From the NCBI RefSeq assembly GCF_009914755.1, contig NC_060926.1: 64,000 bases of DNA. One strand, written 5' to 3'. The translations under genes and the position numbers were made by a program. Source of the stretch: the human T2T-CHM13v2.0 reference genome, Homo sapiens. The notes under the pieces are model-generated. The model did not search any database. It worked only from the letters and a program-made list of their open reading frames with translations, and was not told the DNA's origin. Positions 46,654 through 60,869 of this stretch are shown one piece after another; the stretch's first letter is position 1; each line of letters starts with the position of its first letter.

Positions 46654-47470
46654 GCACATATTTAATGGTAGTCTGAGAATCAAGAGAAGCAATAGCAATG
46701 TGGTGAAATAAATTTTGAAAATATAAGCTTTTCAAATGTGCTAAAAATTGTTAATCTACAGATTTCAGTAGGATAAATACATAAATCACACCTAGACACA
46801 TCATAGTCAAACTGTTGAACACCAAAGCAAAGGAAAAATCTTCAAAGATGAAAGAAAAAAATCAGATAGCTATTTAGAGGGGAACAGTAACACACGTAAA
46901 GGCTGACTGTTCATAATGATGCAGACCAGAGGGCTGTGGGATGGCATATTCAAGTTGTAGGAAGAGACATTGTTAACCAAGAATTCTATATCTAGCAAAA
47001 CTATACTTCAAAAAAAAAACAAGCGAAAAAAGTCCTGGATAAACACAATTTGAGAGAATGTATTGCTAGACAACTTACCTTTCAAAAATACTAAGAAAAA
47101 TATCTTCAGCTTTAAATGAAATGACAGGAGAGAGAAGTGCACAGAAATATAAAAAATAATAATTCTGGATTTATACCCTATGTGTATATAGCAATAATAG
47201 CTAAAAGGAAGGAGCAGAAAGCAGAGCCGTATTCAAGCAAATTTCCATATTGTGCCAAAATAAAGTCAGTAAAAATCTAAAGTAGATTGTAGTTTACTAA
47301 TTTGCATATAAACTGTAGAGCAACCACTAAGAAAATAAATCCAAAAAATATTCAAAAAATTAAGAAGAATTAAATGATACATGAAAAGTATTTATTTAGC
47401 ACAAAAGTAGACAGCAAAAACAAAACAAAACAAAAATCAATGTGAAATACCTAGAAAAATTAAAATATGA
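46400..47470 (+). mobile_element. old L1M ORF1-region fragment
   Basis: 'cacacctagacacatcatagtcaaactgttgaa', 'aaccaagaattctatatctagcaaaactat'. Confidence 0.7.
46617..46658. repeat. (CA)n microsatellite
   Basis: direct repeat with CACG end. Confidence 0.95.
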
Positions 47471-47543
47471 GAAAGTTTACTTTTTCTTTGGGTTAAATTA
47501 GAAAATACAGAGGGCCTACAATCTTTATAACAAAAGGTAGTTT

Positions 47544-48513
47544 AAACAAAAATTTTTTTATTATAGTTTAAGTTCTAGGGTACATGTGCACAACGTGCAG
47601 ATTTGTTACATATGTATACATGTGCCATGTTGGCATGCTGCACCCATTAACTCGTCATTTACATTAGGTATATCTCCTAATGCTATCCCTCCCCTCTCCC
47701 CGCAGCCCACAGCAGGCCCCATTGTGTGATGTTCCCCTTCCTGTGTCCATGTGTTCTCATTGTTCAATTCCCATCTATGAGTGAGAACACGCGGTGTTTG
47801 GTTTTTTGTCCTTGTGATAGTTTGCTGAGAATGATGGTTTCCAGCTTCATCCATGTCCCTACAAAGGACACGAACTCATCCTTTTTTTATGGTTGCATAG
47901 TATTCCATGGTGTATACGTGCCACATTTTCTTAATCCAGTCTATCATTGTTGGACATTTGGGTTGGTTCCAACTCTTTGCTATTGTGAGTAGTGCTGCAA
48001 TAAACATACGTGTGCATGTGTCTTTATAGCAGCATGATTTATATTCCTTTGGGTACATACCCAGTAATGGGATGGCTGGGTCAAATGGTATTTCTAGTTC
48101 TAGATCCCTGAGGAATCACCACACTGACTTCCACAATGGTTGAACTAATTTACAATCCCACCAACAGTGTAAAATTGTTCCTATTTCTCCACATCCTCTC
48201 CAGCACCTGTTGTTTCCTGACTTTTTAATGATCACCATTCTAACTGGTGTGAGATGGTATCTCATTGTGGTTTTGATTTGCATTTCTCTGATGGCCAGTG
48301 ATGGTGGGCATTTTTTCATGTGTCTGTTGGCTGCATAATTGTCTTCTTTTGAGAAGTGTCTGTTCATATCCTTTGCCCACTTTTGGATGGGGTTGTTTGT
48401 TTTTTTCTTGTAAATTTGTTTGAGTTCTTTGTAGATTCTGTAGATTAGATGAGTAGATTGCAAAAAATTTCTCCCATTCTGTAGGTTGCCTGTTCAGTTC
48501 ACTCTAATGGTAG
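47544..48513 (-). mobile_element. 5'-truncated L1PA4/5-like LINE-1
   Basis: ORF2 C-terminus (ORF 48116..48463) plus 3' UTR; TSD aag(g/a)tagttt at 47534-43 and 48514-23. Confidence 0.95.
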
Positions 48514-48523
48514 AAGATAGTTT

Positions 48524-48846
48524 TTCAATTTAGAGAAAAGTGGCCACCTAAGTCAGACTCCTGCTGTTCTACAGAGGCTGGAAGATAAGGCGACATCTTC
48601 CTTGATAATTACCTTTGAAAGGGATGGTTCCCAGGTCCTGGAGAAAGTGAAACCTGAGTTGTAAATCTGCTAAAGACCCTTAGAACAGATTTACATCTCA
48701 AAGCGGCCAGGAATGATATACAATTACAAGTTTTCTAAAGCAAATGCTCTAAGAAAAGGGAGATTAGAGGCCTTGAGACACAGAAAAAACATTGACTTAA
48801 AGTTTGGTCAAGCTGAGGGAAATATTAAGGCATTCTTGCCTTAACA
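48524..48846 (-). mobile_element. MER67/MER31-like ERV1 LTR (probably split by the L1)
   Basis: 'aagtttggtcaagctgagggaaa', 'acaagttttctaaagcaaatgctctaagaaaaggg', 'atttacatctcaaag'. Confidence 0.6.
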
Positions 48847-48936
48847 AGCAAAGTATGTCAACAGCAAACTATTAAAAATAAAATAAGATTTCACAATATT
48901 ACCAAGTAGACCTGATCCCAAGCATTTGAGGTTGTT

Positions 48937-50230
48937 TACTGATCTTTGACAATGTTGGCAAAAATAAACAATGGGTAAAGGATACCCTATTCAATAAATA
49001 ATACTGGGAAAACTGACTAGCCATATCCACATGAAACTGGGCCCCTACCTCTCATCACATAAAAAAATTAACTCAAGACGGATTAAAGACAAATTTAATA
49101 CCTCAAACTATAAAAATCATAGAAGAAAACCTTGGAAAAACTCTTCTGGACATTAGCACAAGCAAAGGATTTATGACTAAGACCTCAAAAGCAAATGCAA
49201 CAAAAACAAAAATTGACAATTGGTGCTTAATTATACAGCAAAGGAACTATCTACAGAGTACACAGAGAGCCTACAAAATGGGACAAAATATTTGAAAACT
49301 ATGCATCTGACAAAGGACTAACATCCAGGATCTATACAAAATTCAAACAAATCAACAAGAAAATACAAATAACCCCATTAAAAAGTGGGCAAAGGACATG
49401 AAAAGACACTTCTCAAAAGAAAACATACACGTGGCCAACAAAAATATAAAAACATACTGAACATCACTGATCATCAGAAAAACGCAAATTAAAGTCACAA
49501 TGAGATACTATCTCATACCAGTCAGAATAGTTATTATTAAAAAGTCAAAAAATAATAAATGTTCATGAGGATGAAGAGAAAAGGGAATGCTTATCATTGT
49601 TGGTGGGAATGCAAATTAGTTTAACCTCTGTGGAAAACAGTATGGAGATTTCTTAAAGACCTAAAAATAGAAATACCATTCACCCCAGCAATCCCACTAC
49701 TGGATATCTACCCAAAGGAAAATAAATTGGTTTTCTAAAAAGACGTCTACACTGCTCTGTTTATCACAGCAGTATTCACAATAGCAAAGTAACAGAATCA
49801 GCCTAAGTGTCCACCAACAATTGATTGGAAAAAGAAAATATATATATATACCATGGAATACTACACAACCATAAAAAAGAATGAAATCATGTCCTTTGCA
49901 GTAACATGGGTGCAGCTGGAGGTCGTCGTCCTAAGATAATTAACTCAGAAATGGAAAACCAAATACTGCATGTTCTCATTTATGAGTGGGAGATCAACAG
50001 TGGGTACACAGGTACATAAAGATGGAAACAATAGACATTGGGACTCCAAAAGGCGAGGAGGGAGAAAGGAAGGCAGGAGTGGAAAATTTACCTATTGGAC
50101 ACTATGTTCGCTATTTGTGTGATGGGCTCAGTAGAAGCCCAAACCCCAGAATTACGCAATATATCCAGATAACAAACCCTTATATATACCCCCCGAATTT
50201 AAAATTTGAAAACATAGTAAAAAAGAAAAA
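48937..50230 (+). mobile_element. L1PB3/PB4-like 3' portion
   Basis: ORF2 C-terminus and 3' UTR 'aaagatggaaacaatagac...agaagcccaaaccccag'. Confidence 0.88.
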
Positions 50231-50818
50231 AGATAACATACCATATTAATAGGGTAAAGCACAGAAAGAACAGGATCACAGCACACCCAGAGAAAATATT
50301 TGACAAAATCCAACACCTGTAAACGTTAAATAAACTAACAGTAGAAGGGATATTTCTTAACTTAATAAATGACATCTATGAAAATCTGTATTTAGGAAGA
50401 AAGACCAAATGTTGTCTTTCAAAAATTGGGGGAAAGCAACGTATCTGTTAGTTTTCAGGCAATGCAATAGGTAATACAAAAGAATTTAAATATATATATG
50501 TGTGTGTACATATATATATATATACACACACTCACATACTTATGCATTTACAAAAAATATATACAGATTGTAAAGGAATAAGTAAGCCTATATTAGCAAA
50601 TGATACAATTCATTATATAGACTATATAGACTATATATATAGACTATATATATAGTCCTAAAAAATACACACAAATATACCCATTATTACAATTGATTAG
50701 TGACTTTAGCAAGATCACTTGATACAAGGTCAAAATGCATAAATAAGTATATCTCTCTAAATTAAAAAAATAAAACTTTTGTAACATTTCTATTCGTAAC
50801 AGCTTTAGGAAAAATATA

Positions 50819-51387
50819 TAGTCAATTCTCACTATTTCTATACAATCCTCTTGAACACTGAATTAGTGAACATTTACTATTGTTCCTCCTAGGAGGAAAA
50901 CAGATAGATCTATATCTAATCTATATCTACCTATATACATCAGATACGTAATATGCTATAATTTTAAATTTTAAAAACATCTTATCCTAGTAGATTTTAT
51001 TTGCTTTATTTTACAAATGAGAAAAGAAGATTCATGATTATTAAGTGATTTGCCTGAAACCACCCCACTTACCGATGCCAATGCTGGAATTCAAGCCTTA
51101 TACACCTGTCACCAGAGCTGAGGCTTCTTACATTGCATTGCATTGTCCCCACCCTATCTATGCTCTGGCCATCTCTGTATGAAAGCTGAAACAAGAAGAG
51201 AGAGCATAACTCTGTTCAACTTCAGCTGGATGTATACATGTCGGCTGACTGAAAGTTTTTTGCCACTTTGCACATGTCCTCAAATTGTCTCAAAAGCACC
51301 ATGAGTATTGATTTGAAAGTTAAAAATGAATTTTACCAAGTAGGTGAATTCACAAATACAAAAACTGCAGATAATGAGGATTAAGTG
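50819..51387 (+). mobile_element. MER6-family TcMar-Tigger MITE
   Basis: decayed TIRs tagtcaattctc / gaggattaagtg; TA TSDs; 'gaacactgaattag', 'gctgaaacaagaag', 'gagtattgattt'. Confidence 0.75.
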
Positions 51388-51503
51388 TACTTAAAAATAA
51401 ACTTATCTAAAATGTGCATGACTTTAATCTTGAAAATGATATAATAATGCTGACAAAATTACTGAATGTTTGAATAATTGGTGAGACATTCCACATTTCT
51501 CCC

Positions 51504-51810
51504 TTTTTTTTTTTTTTTTTTTTGAGACCAAGTCGCTCTGTCGCCCAGTCTGGAGTGCAGTGGCGCAATCTCGGCTCACTGCAACCTCCGCCTCCCAGGT
51601 TAAAGTGATTCTCCTGCCTCAGCCTCCCAAGCAGCTGAGATTACAGGCATCCACAACTGTGCCCGGCTAATTTTTGTATTTTTAGTAGAGACAGGATTTC
51701 ACTATGTTGGCCAGGCTGGTCTTGAACTCCTGACCTCAGGTGATCTGCCCTCCTCGGCCTCCCAAATCCTAAAGTACTGGGATTACAGACGTGAGCCACC
51801 GCACCTGGCC
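51504..51810 (-). mobile_element. AluSx, full length
   Basis: both arms, poly-T head; no TSD. Confidence 0.95.
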
Positions 51811-54087
51811 AATATTTTTAAGATAAAAATTCTCTAAAAGTTTATTTATAGATTTAATAAAATCACTATTAAAATCATAGCAGGCTTTAATTTTATTCTC
51901 TGTAGAATTTGACAAACTGGTCCCAAGATTGAAGTAATATGAAAAACCTAGAATAGCTGCAATGATTTTGTAAAAGAACAATGTTGAAGGACATACACTT
52001 ACCAATATCATAACTTTTTAAGGCTGTGGGAATTAGTATGGGGTGGTACTGGTGTAAGAATTGGCATATAGATCAGTGGAACACAATGGAGAGTTCAGAA
52101 ATAAACCCCATATGTACAAGTTCAATCAATTTTAAGCAAAGATGTCAGGGAAATTCAATGAGTAAAAGTAGTCTTGTTAAAAAATTGGGTTGATGACACA
52201 ATAGTATAACCACTAAAAATGTCTTTTACTAACACCATACTAATGCCCAATAAATTTGGCTCATAATGGATCATGAATCTAAATGTAAGAGCTAGAACTA
52301 TAAAACTATTTGTTCTTACTGAACGAAATATGGGAGAAATGTTTTGATCATGGATTGAGTAAAAAGGTATTAAATGCAATATCAAGAGCATGCATTAGTG
52401 AAAAATTCATAAATTAAAATTCACTGGAACTAGAACTTTGTTCTTCAAAATACATTATTAAGAAAGTAAAAACATAAGCCACATATTTTTGATAAAATTA
52501 GCAAATTATACATCTGACAATGAATTTGCATTGAGAATTTATAAAGAATCCTTATGTCAATGTTGATATGACAAAATCCAATAACAAGTTCAAAAGACTT
52601 CAATAGACATTTCAATAAAGAAGACTACCCATGACTAACAATACATTAAAACATGCTTAACACTATTAGAAATTAAGATAACGCAAGTTAAAACCACAGT
52701 AAGATATCACTACATACTTCCTTGGATGGCTATAATAAAAAATGCAGGCAATGCAAAGTTATTTTGACAATGGAAAATCTTGAGTGTTCAAACATTACTG
52801 GTGGGGATATAAGATGGCATAGTCATTTTACAGACATTTTGACAATGTATTTAGAAATTAGATATAGTTACCATATGACCGGTAATTCCACTCCAAGCTA
52901 TGTATCTCAAAAAAATAAGGATATATGTTAACACAAAACTTATATGTGAATGTTTAGAGCAGCATTATTCATAGCTGAAAAGCTGAAAACAAGAATCAAT
53001 TATAAATTCGTCAACTAGTGGAAGGGTAAAGTATAGTATATCCATACAATGCAATAGTATTCATGAAGAATAAGGGATGCATTACAGAAATAGGCTGAAG
53101 TATATATTACCTCATATGTGTTGTGCTATTTGAAAGAAGCCAGACACAAAATACTATATTTTGTAGAATTCATTTATATAAAATATCCAGAATAGGCAAA
53201 TTATAGATGCAGACATTAGTACTATGGTTTCCTAGGCTTGAAGATGAGAGCAAGGGTAGATTGTAAATGGGAATGTGGGAGTTTTATGAAATAATAGAAA
53301 TGTTCGAAAACTGAGTTTTGGAATGATTGCAAAAAACTATAAATCTACAAGAAATCTTTGAATTGAACATACGCAACTTTGTGGTACAGAAATTATATCT
53401 CAATAAAATGTTTACAAAAAGAACCAATGAGACCATGACTTAGCATGTATTTTGGGACACAGATAAGTCAACTATGTAGTTATAATCCATAATCTTTGGC
53501 ATTTTACAAAGGATTAAACAGTTGAGAAAACATGGGGAGGAGGAGGAAGCAGTTTTCTAGAAAATTGGAAACTAGTGTTCCTAATGAACAGAAATAGAAA
53601 AATTAGGAAGATAAAATTATTTTGGAGAATAGACACTGACATTTATCATTAGGCAGTTAATAAATATGAAGGTGCTGTAGGTTAAATATTAGATTACAGA
53701 TTAAAAAGTGAGTCAGGATTTGAGAACTATATTTTAGAGTCATATTTGTATATGTGTGTGTGCAGCTATACTTATCTACTGAATTCTAAAATTACCTAAT
53801 ATAATTTAGGTAATTTATGAATAACCAGACGAATTTGTGAATAACCAGATGATTATTCAAAGATAAAGCTAAGGTTTTAGATAATTTTTTTCCAATACCA
53901 GTTCTGGTCATCATCTGAATGCCATAAAATGATTTGCCTACTGAGATTAAATAATAGACAACAAACTATTTTGATCATCTTTGTCCTCTCAGCATCTACA
54001 TTTCAGATGCTAGTTGAGACATCTATAATGTCCATGCTTGCAAGCCTGTATTTTTTTTTTAAGTCTAGACATATCCTTGCTATACTG

Positions 54088-54260
54088 CAAGAGTCAGCAA
54101 ATTATGGCTTGTCAGCCAAATCTGACCTGTTACCTTTTCAAAAAAGTTAAGTTTTGTAAAAATGCAGCCACATCCATTTATTTATATGCCATGTAAGGAT
54201 TTTCTTGGATTACAACAGCAGAGTTGAGTAGTTGTAATAAAACTCTGTGGCTGACCCTTG
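54088..54260 (+). mobile_element. MER58A hAT MITE (internally deleted)
   Basis: 'caagagtcagcaaa...gcagagttgagtagttg...ctgacccttg'. Confidence 0.8.
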
Positions 54261-54554
54261 CTGTATAGCATTCATTGTCTTTCAATGCTCTTTAACAAAA
54301 TTAGTGTATTAGAATATCATGAATATGTACATATTTTCTATTGCATTTTGATTATTTGATGATAAAGAGTACAACAATTTTTGGTTTTTTAGCTATCGAA
54401 AGAGTACTATGAAAATTAGGCAAGATTATGTTTGGATATTTCTTGTAATTCAAATGATTTAAGTTTTTGTTTATTAAGCTACTAATTTGTTTTCCACTTA
54501 TTTGGAGAAGTCTCTCATATAGTTGTTTTCGAATACTTTAAAACAATGATGATT

Positions 54555-54840
54555 AGACGTGGCATAGTGGCTCAAACCTCTAATCCCAACACTTTGGGAC
54601 GCCAAGGCAGGAGGATCAATTGAGACCACGAGTTCAATACCAGCCTGAGTAATATAGCAAGACCTTGTTTTTACAAAAAAAAAAAACCAAAAAAATTAGC
54701 CAGTTGCGGTGGTAAGTGCCTCTAGTCCCAGCTACTTGAAAGGCTTAAGCAGAGGACTGTTTGGGCCTAAGGTGTTTGAGGCTGCAGAGAGCTATCATAA
54801 GGCCACTGCACTTCTGCTTGGGCAGTAGATTGATATCTGT
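54555..54840 (+). mobile_element. AluJ (highly diverged)
   Basis: 'ggcaggaggatc', 'atagcaagacc', 'tttgaggctgcag'. Confidence 0.9.
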
Positions 54841-54914
54841 TTTTATTTGATCTGTATCGATTTGATATCCCAAAAGGCTTAACATTTAGCCATATTATTA
54901 TTATCGTCATTATT

Positions 54915-55359
54915 TGTGTTAGGCAATTCTTGCATTGCTACAAAGAAATACCTGAAACTGGGTAAGTTATAAAGAAAAGAGATTTAATTGGCTTATGGTT
55001 CTGCAGGCAGTATAAGCATGGCTCTGGCATATGCTTGCCTTCTGGGGAGACCTCAGAGAACTTATAAACATGGGAGAAGGTGAAGGGGGAGCAGACAGGT
55101 CACATGTTGGGAGCTGGCACATCACATGGACAGAGCAGGATCAAGAAAGAGAGTAGTGGGGAGATGCCACACTCTTTTGAAACAACCAGATCTCATAAGT
55201 ACTCACTCGTGAGAACTTACTCACTATCCCAAGAACATCAGCAAGCCGTGAGGTATCTGCTCCCATGATCCAAACACCTCCCAGCAGGACCCTCCTCCAA
55301 TATTAGGGATTATAATTCAACATGAGATTTGGGCAGGGACAAATATCCAAACTATGTCA
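54915..55359 (-). mobile_element. MSTB-type MaLR solo LTR
   Basis: 'tgtgttaggcaattcttgcattgct...acaaatatccaaactatgtca'; TSD tt(a/g)tt. Confidence 0.88.
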
Positions 55360-56933
55360 TTGTTAATATTATATTAATTATGGCATTTTTGTATAAACTT
55401 TACCAAACTATAAAAGGGATACACATGCATGCCTATATATAGATATGGACATATAATTTTTCCTTTTATGAAAACTGTGTCATATGGTCAGTACATGTGG
55501 TAGTATAACCAATCTTATATGAAGCAGATATACTGCATAGAAGTGAGGGACCTATGATTAGATTCAGGTAAGTTGATTCCTCATACTGTGTTCAGCAAAT
55601 GCCATGTGTCTTGAAACCTCCCTCTTTCTTCTTTACACATTTATTAAGTCTCAAAGCTTGGCACTTTCCTTCACATTTGATCTTATGTTTTCATTTCTAT
55701 CTCCACCCAAAAAGTATATTGTAATAAAGTCCTAATGGGTTTGATTAGAGTATTTTCCCTTTCAAATAGTTAACATATGTCGATTTCAAAAATAAATAAA
55801 TAAATAATATATATATGTATATATAACCTATATCTTGCATGGTGAAAGAAAAGTCATGATCTCATTATTAATCTCCATAAAATAAAATTTGAATCTTCCC
55901 CTTCAACTGTTCAAAGACTTGCAAAGGATTTTAAATGAAAAAATAATCATCATAATATTATTTAAGATATTCTTCCAGCCTGCAGTTTTAATTCATCTCC
56001 TATGATTTAGATAAAACTTTTTATTTAACTACTCTGGGTTCTTTAATAGTATCTTCATATATTTTTGTCTTATTCGTCTGTTTTTTCCTTCTGTTTCTGG
56101 GTGGAGGGCCACTTTCTTCTTACCTGATCTTTCTTCCAATTTTAGCTGAATATTATTCAACTTTGAAAGCTCAGTTCAAAAGTTATTCCACATCTCCATA
56201 AAGATATTCTGGATTATGAAGATCAAAATATGTCTTAGCATTTACTGTCTGGACTATTTATACACTTAACATGCATGCTGTATATATAAGGTTTAATATT
56301 GTCATTGTTTCCATTAGAATTGTTATGTACAGGTTAGCAAAAATATCTCATATTACTGTGTAGTTACTTAAAAATTTTTGCTTTAGGGCTGTGTACATAA
56401 TAGGCACCAGAAATATTGCTGTGAATTTAACAGCTACCATGTGTTCTTACCACTTCTAGTGGCCCCAATTGAATGATTATAATCAATACAGCCTTAACAG
56501 AATTAAAAATTCTGGGAGCAACTAGTTAAGAGCTTCAGAATTAATACAAAAATCATCTCAGGTCCAAAGATTTTTAAGCATGACTTCTGTCTCAACAATA
56601 TCTGATTGTATGAGATTTTAGGTAGATAAATCTGCCTGACCCTGTCCCAAAGCAAAACTGTCATGAAATAAAGAAAATAGTTTATTTTGAATATCTTTGG
56701 TCATGGGAATCATTTATATCATTATACTTGTTTATAGTAGACATGTCTCAAACACGAATGAATCCCCAGTGGTGATACAGACAATTCTGGGATAACCTGT
56801 ATTTTCAGAGTAATCACAAGTCAAGAGATTCTAGAATTAATATACATTCTGGAGCAGATATTCTGGTCTTGATAAGAACAAAGTGTCTGAATTAGGCATT
56901 TGCCCTCACAATTAATGAATAACATACACAAAA

Positions 56934-57070
56934 TGTTGTTTTGTGGTTTTAGTAGAGACAGAGTTTCACCATATAGGCCAGGCTAGTCTGGAATGCCTAA
57001 CCTCAAGTGATCTGCCTGCCTCAGCCTCCCAAAGTGCTGAGATTACAGGCGTGAGCCACCATGCCCGGCC
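56934..57070 (-). mobile_element. Alu left monomer only (AluS-type)
   Basis: 'ttttagtagagacag...ccatgcccggcc'; right arm absent. Confidence 0.9.
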
Positions 57071-59533
57071 TGTTTTCTGTATTTTCTTATTTATATTGTA
57101 AATTAACGTCTGTACAAATATCTAAACTTGTAAAATGATTGATGAGTTTTTACAATATCGTTGTTAACATATCATTTTTAGATTAAATAATGTTTCCCTG
57201 TGTTTTTAGAAACTATTTCTGACAATAGAGTTGGATTATATCTCAATAGATATAACTTACTTTTTGAGGCATCTTAAACTATTAGATAAGCTATTTTTGG
57301 CTTCGTAACTTTATTAGATAGACTTGGTAAGCAGCATTGATTTAATTATTTGTCCTGTATTGAAACAAGGAGCTCTTTGTGTGCTCTGAAAAACTGAGAT
57401 GAATTTTTTTCTAAATGATATAAAATTCAATTTAATGATGAATTTTCTGCCTTAAGAGACCCAACTCCTCCTGAATAAAATTTAAATATTTGTAATGTGT
57501 CTTAAAAACAGACCGTATTTTTAGTTTTCTTTATTTTGAGTGAAGATGCATTTTCTATGCATTTGTTGCTTCTAATCAAACAACCAGCTTACAAGTGTTA
57601 ACTACATAGAACAGATGGCAAAACCTTTGCACATTAGACTTTATATCTGAAAAAGAGACACTTTATTTTAAAATTGCCACTTGGGAACATAAAGTGCTCT
57701 CATGAGAAAAACACATTTTACACTCTTAAGGCAGTCCATAAAAGAAAGGCAGATGTTTAAATGACTTCTTAATTAACACAAAACGAACATTTACCTACAC
57801 TGTGGAGGTGAAGCAGTGCAATTAAGATGAACCTCTTAAAACAGCCTGGGACATATTTTATGCAAAGCAATAGCAAATATTCTATCTCTTAAAATTTTCT
57901 GTCTTTTGTATGAAAATAATAGTTTATCCACAATTCACTAATTTGAAAACTATTATAAAAACTATAGCTGTCATTTTCTAGCTCTAATGAAAAATGGTAA
58001 AAATGTGCTTAAATCTAAAGGATATTATCATTACTAATAAACATTATTTTCAACGAATTATACAATTATGTTATCCTCTTAAGCACTGAATACTTTTATT
58101 ACCTAAGGAAACATTTGTTAAGAGACTAGGGAGACTATGTTATTTCTCAAAATGGCCTCATATAAAAAGTATGCATAGCACATTCCTTATAAAATAAACT
58201 TGCAGATAGTATAAGTGTTGGACAATCATATGAGACAGACAAAACAATAAAAATAAACCACTTTTACATACAAGAAATTCTTTTTGGTAAACCGAGCATG
58301 CTGACATATATTTATAGGGTTAAAGTGACAGGACAGAAAAGAACACTAGACCACCAGACAGGGTGACAGCGAAGTATGCTTTCTACCTAAACAGGGTCTA
58401 CTGTTTTAATATCTTTAAATAAAAGTTTAGAAATGATGTAAGAAACAATAAAGCCAAGAATGTTTAGGGCTTACCCTCAACTTCCATTCATGTCAATAAG
58501 TTTTATTTGCCTTGTAAAAAGCAAGAAGAACAAGGAAATGATAGTGTCCTATTTGGAATAGTTGAAATAAATACAAAGAGGTCATACAAAGTAAAAGACA
58601 TCCTTTACATCCAAATGGCTTTTCTTCTACAACAAAAGGAATGACTTGAGCTGGAAAAAGAGAATAAATATAAACAAGTATCAGCTTCAAAGTTAACTGT
58701 ACAGGAAATTTTTTAAAAAGAAGATTAGCATCTAATATCCAAAAATAGGAGTAATAAAGAAATTATACTGGAGATGAAGAGGATAACAAAGTAAAGTTAA
58801 CATGAAATGACTAAAATAAAAATCATGCACGACCTTAGTGGACTCATAGAGGAAGTCATCAACTGAGGATTCTGATCACTACATTTTTATTGTTTCATTG
58901 TAATTACCTGAAAAAATCTTAAAGATTTATATTAAATCTCTAATGGCCCTTTTCCCACAAATAATCCAGTGAAATATTAATTTTTTAATTCTACTTGTAT
59001 GCCTTGGTTTTGAACAGTTAGTAGAAATAATTTCAAAACACAGCTGGTAAACATCAATGAATATAAAAAAAGGAAAATGTTAGAAAACATTAGGCTAAGT
59101 GATGATTTCTTAATTTTATTTAAGTAACAAAATGTGAGTTTCAAAACTACAAACCCAGTTTTGTTATTTTTTAAAAAGTCCTAGAACTTTCATCTTACAA
59201 AAAACACATCTTTAAACATATACTGAGTGCACACTATGTTCCAATTGCCATACTAAGAGCAAAATCATAATGATGAACCGAATAAAAAATCCTTCTTATT
59301 TTGGAAGAGCACAATTTGATAGGAGAGATGACGTACAAATTATTGACCATGCTATATTAAATGTATTTTAATGAAAATATGTAGAAAATATTACACATTA
59401 TTGAATGGTTGGATTAGCAAATTTAGTAGCACTAATCAGCAACGTTAACAAAAACACCAGATATGGGTCTCGCAAAACGAGTTAGCGTATATTTTGAAAT
59501 TGTTTATTTGAGCTTTTAAAAAATATACAAGAA

Positions 59534-60120
<587 letters not shown>

Positions 60121-60869
60121 AATATACAAGAAGAAAATATGAAAAACAAATGAGTCACTTAAATCGTGTTTCTTTTTTTCATTGTAATTTTTGGATAATT
60201 GTGCTGCCTTATATATACATTTCATGAATATATTTGGAAAGATATTTCATTATTTACTCATGGCTTAAATGTAAAATTGTGGACTAGAAAATATTATAGG
60301 TAGAATTTTAATTGGTTTTACAGCTACACTTAAAATATTAATTAGTAGATCCTTTGCCAAACCCGTAACTATTAAAAAAAGATAGGGCATCTTCATGGTG
60401 TATACTTTATAACTGTTGTGTCTATATTATGAATAAGGTGTCGGAAAATTTAAAAGATAGCACAACACTTTGGACAGGGATTTTATCAAATATTGGCTTC
60501 TAAAAATAATGATTCAAAGTATTCTGCACTTTGACAGTCTGATATAGAGATACTACATGCAAATATAAGATAAATTTTAGAGAAGTAAATGTAAAATGCT
60601 GCATTTGAGTTAAAAATACTTAATTGAAGATGTACAGTTTCAAAGATAACTGACAAAGGTTATGATAAACATGAACTGGTATAGTTTAGTTGATCAAAGA
60701 TATTTTCAGTCATAACTTGAATGCAACTGCTTTAAAAACTAATAAAATATTTTTCTACTTATTAGATGTGTCAAAAATTATATTTATTTAGCCCAATATA
60801 TCAAGAATATTATAATTTTAACATGTAATCAGTACAAAATAACTATTAATGGAGTGTTTAAGCTCTCTT

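Larger units (their letters stand above)
50235..53420 (+). mobile_element. old L1MB-type ORF2 + 3' UTR, interrupted by MER6 and Alu
   Basis: 'tttgacaaaatccaacacc', 'tatagatcagtggaac', end 'aattatatctcaataaa'. Confidence 0.8.

Noticed and set aside
57400-58400. Possible conserved enhancer (E-box cagatgg, TAATTA and octamer-like motifs)
   Set aside because: Such motifs are expected by chance in AT-rich DNA; conservation data would be needed.
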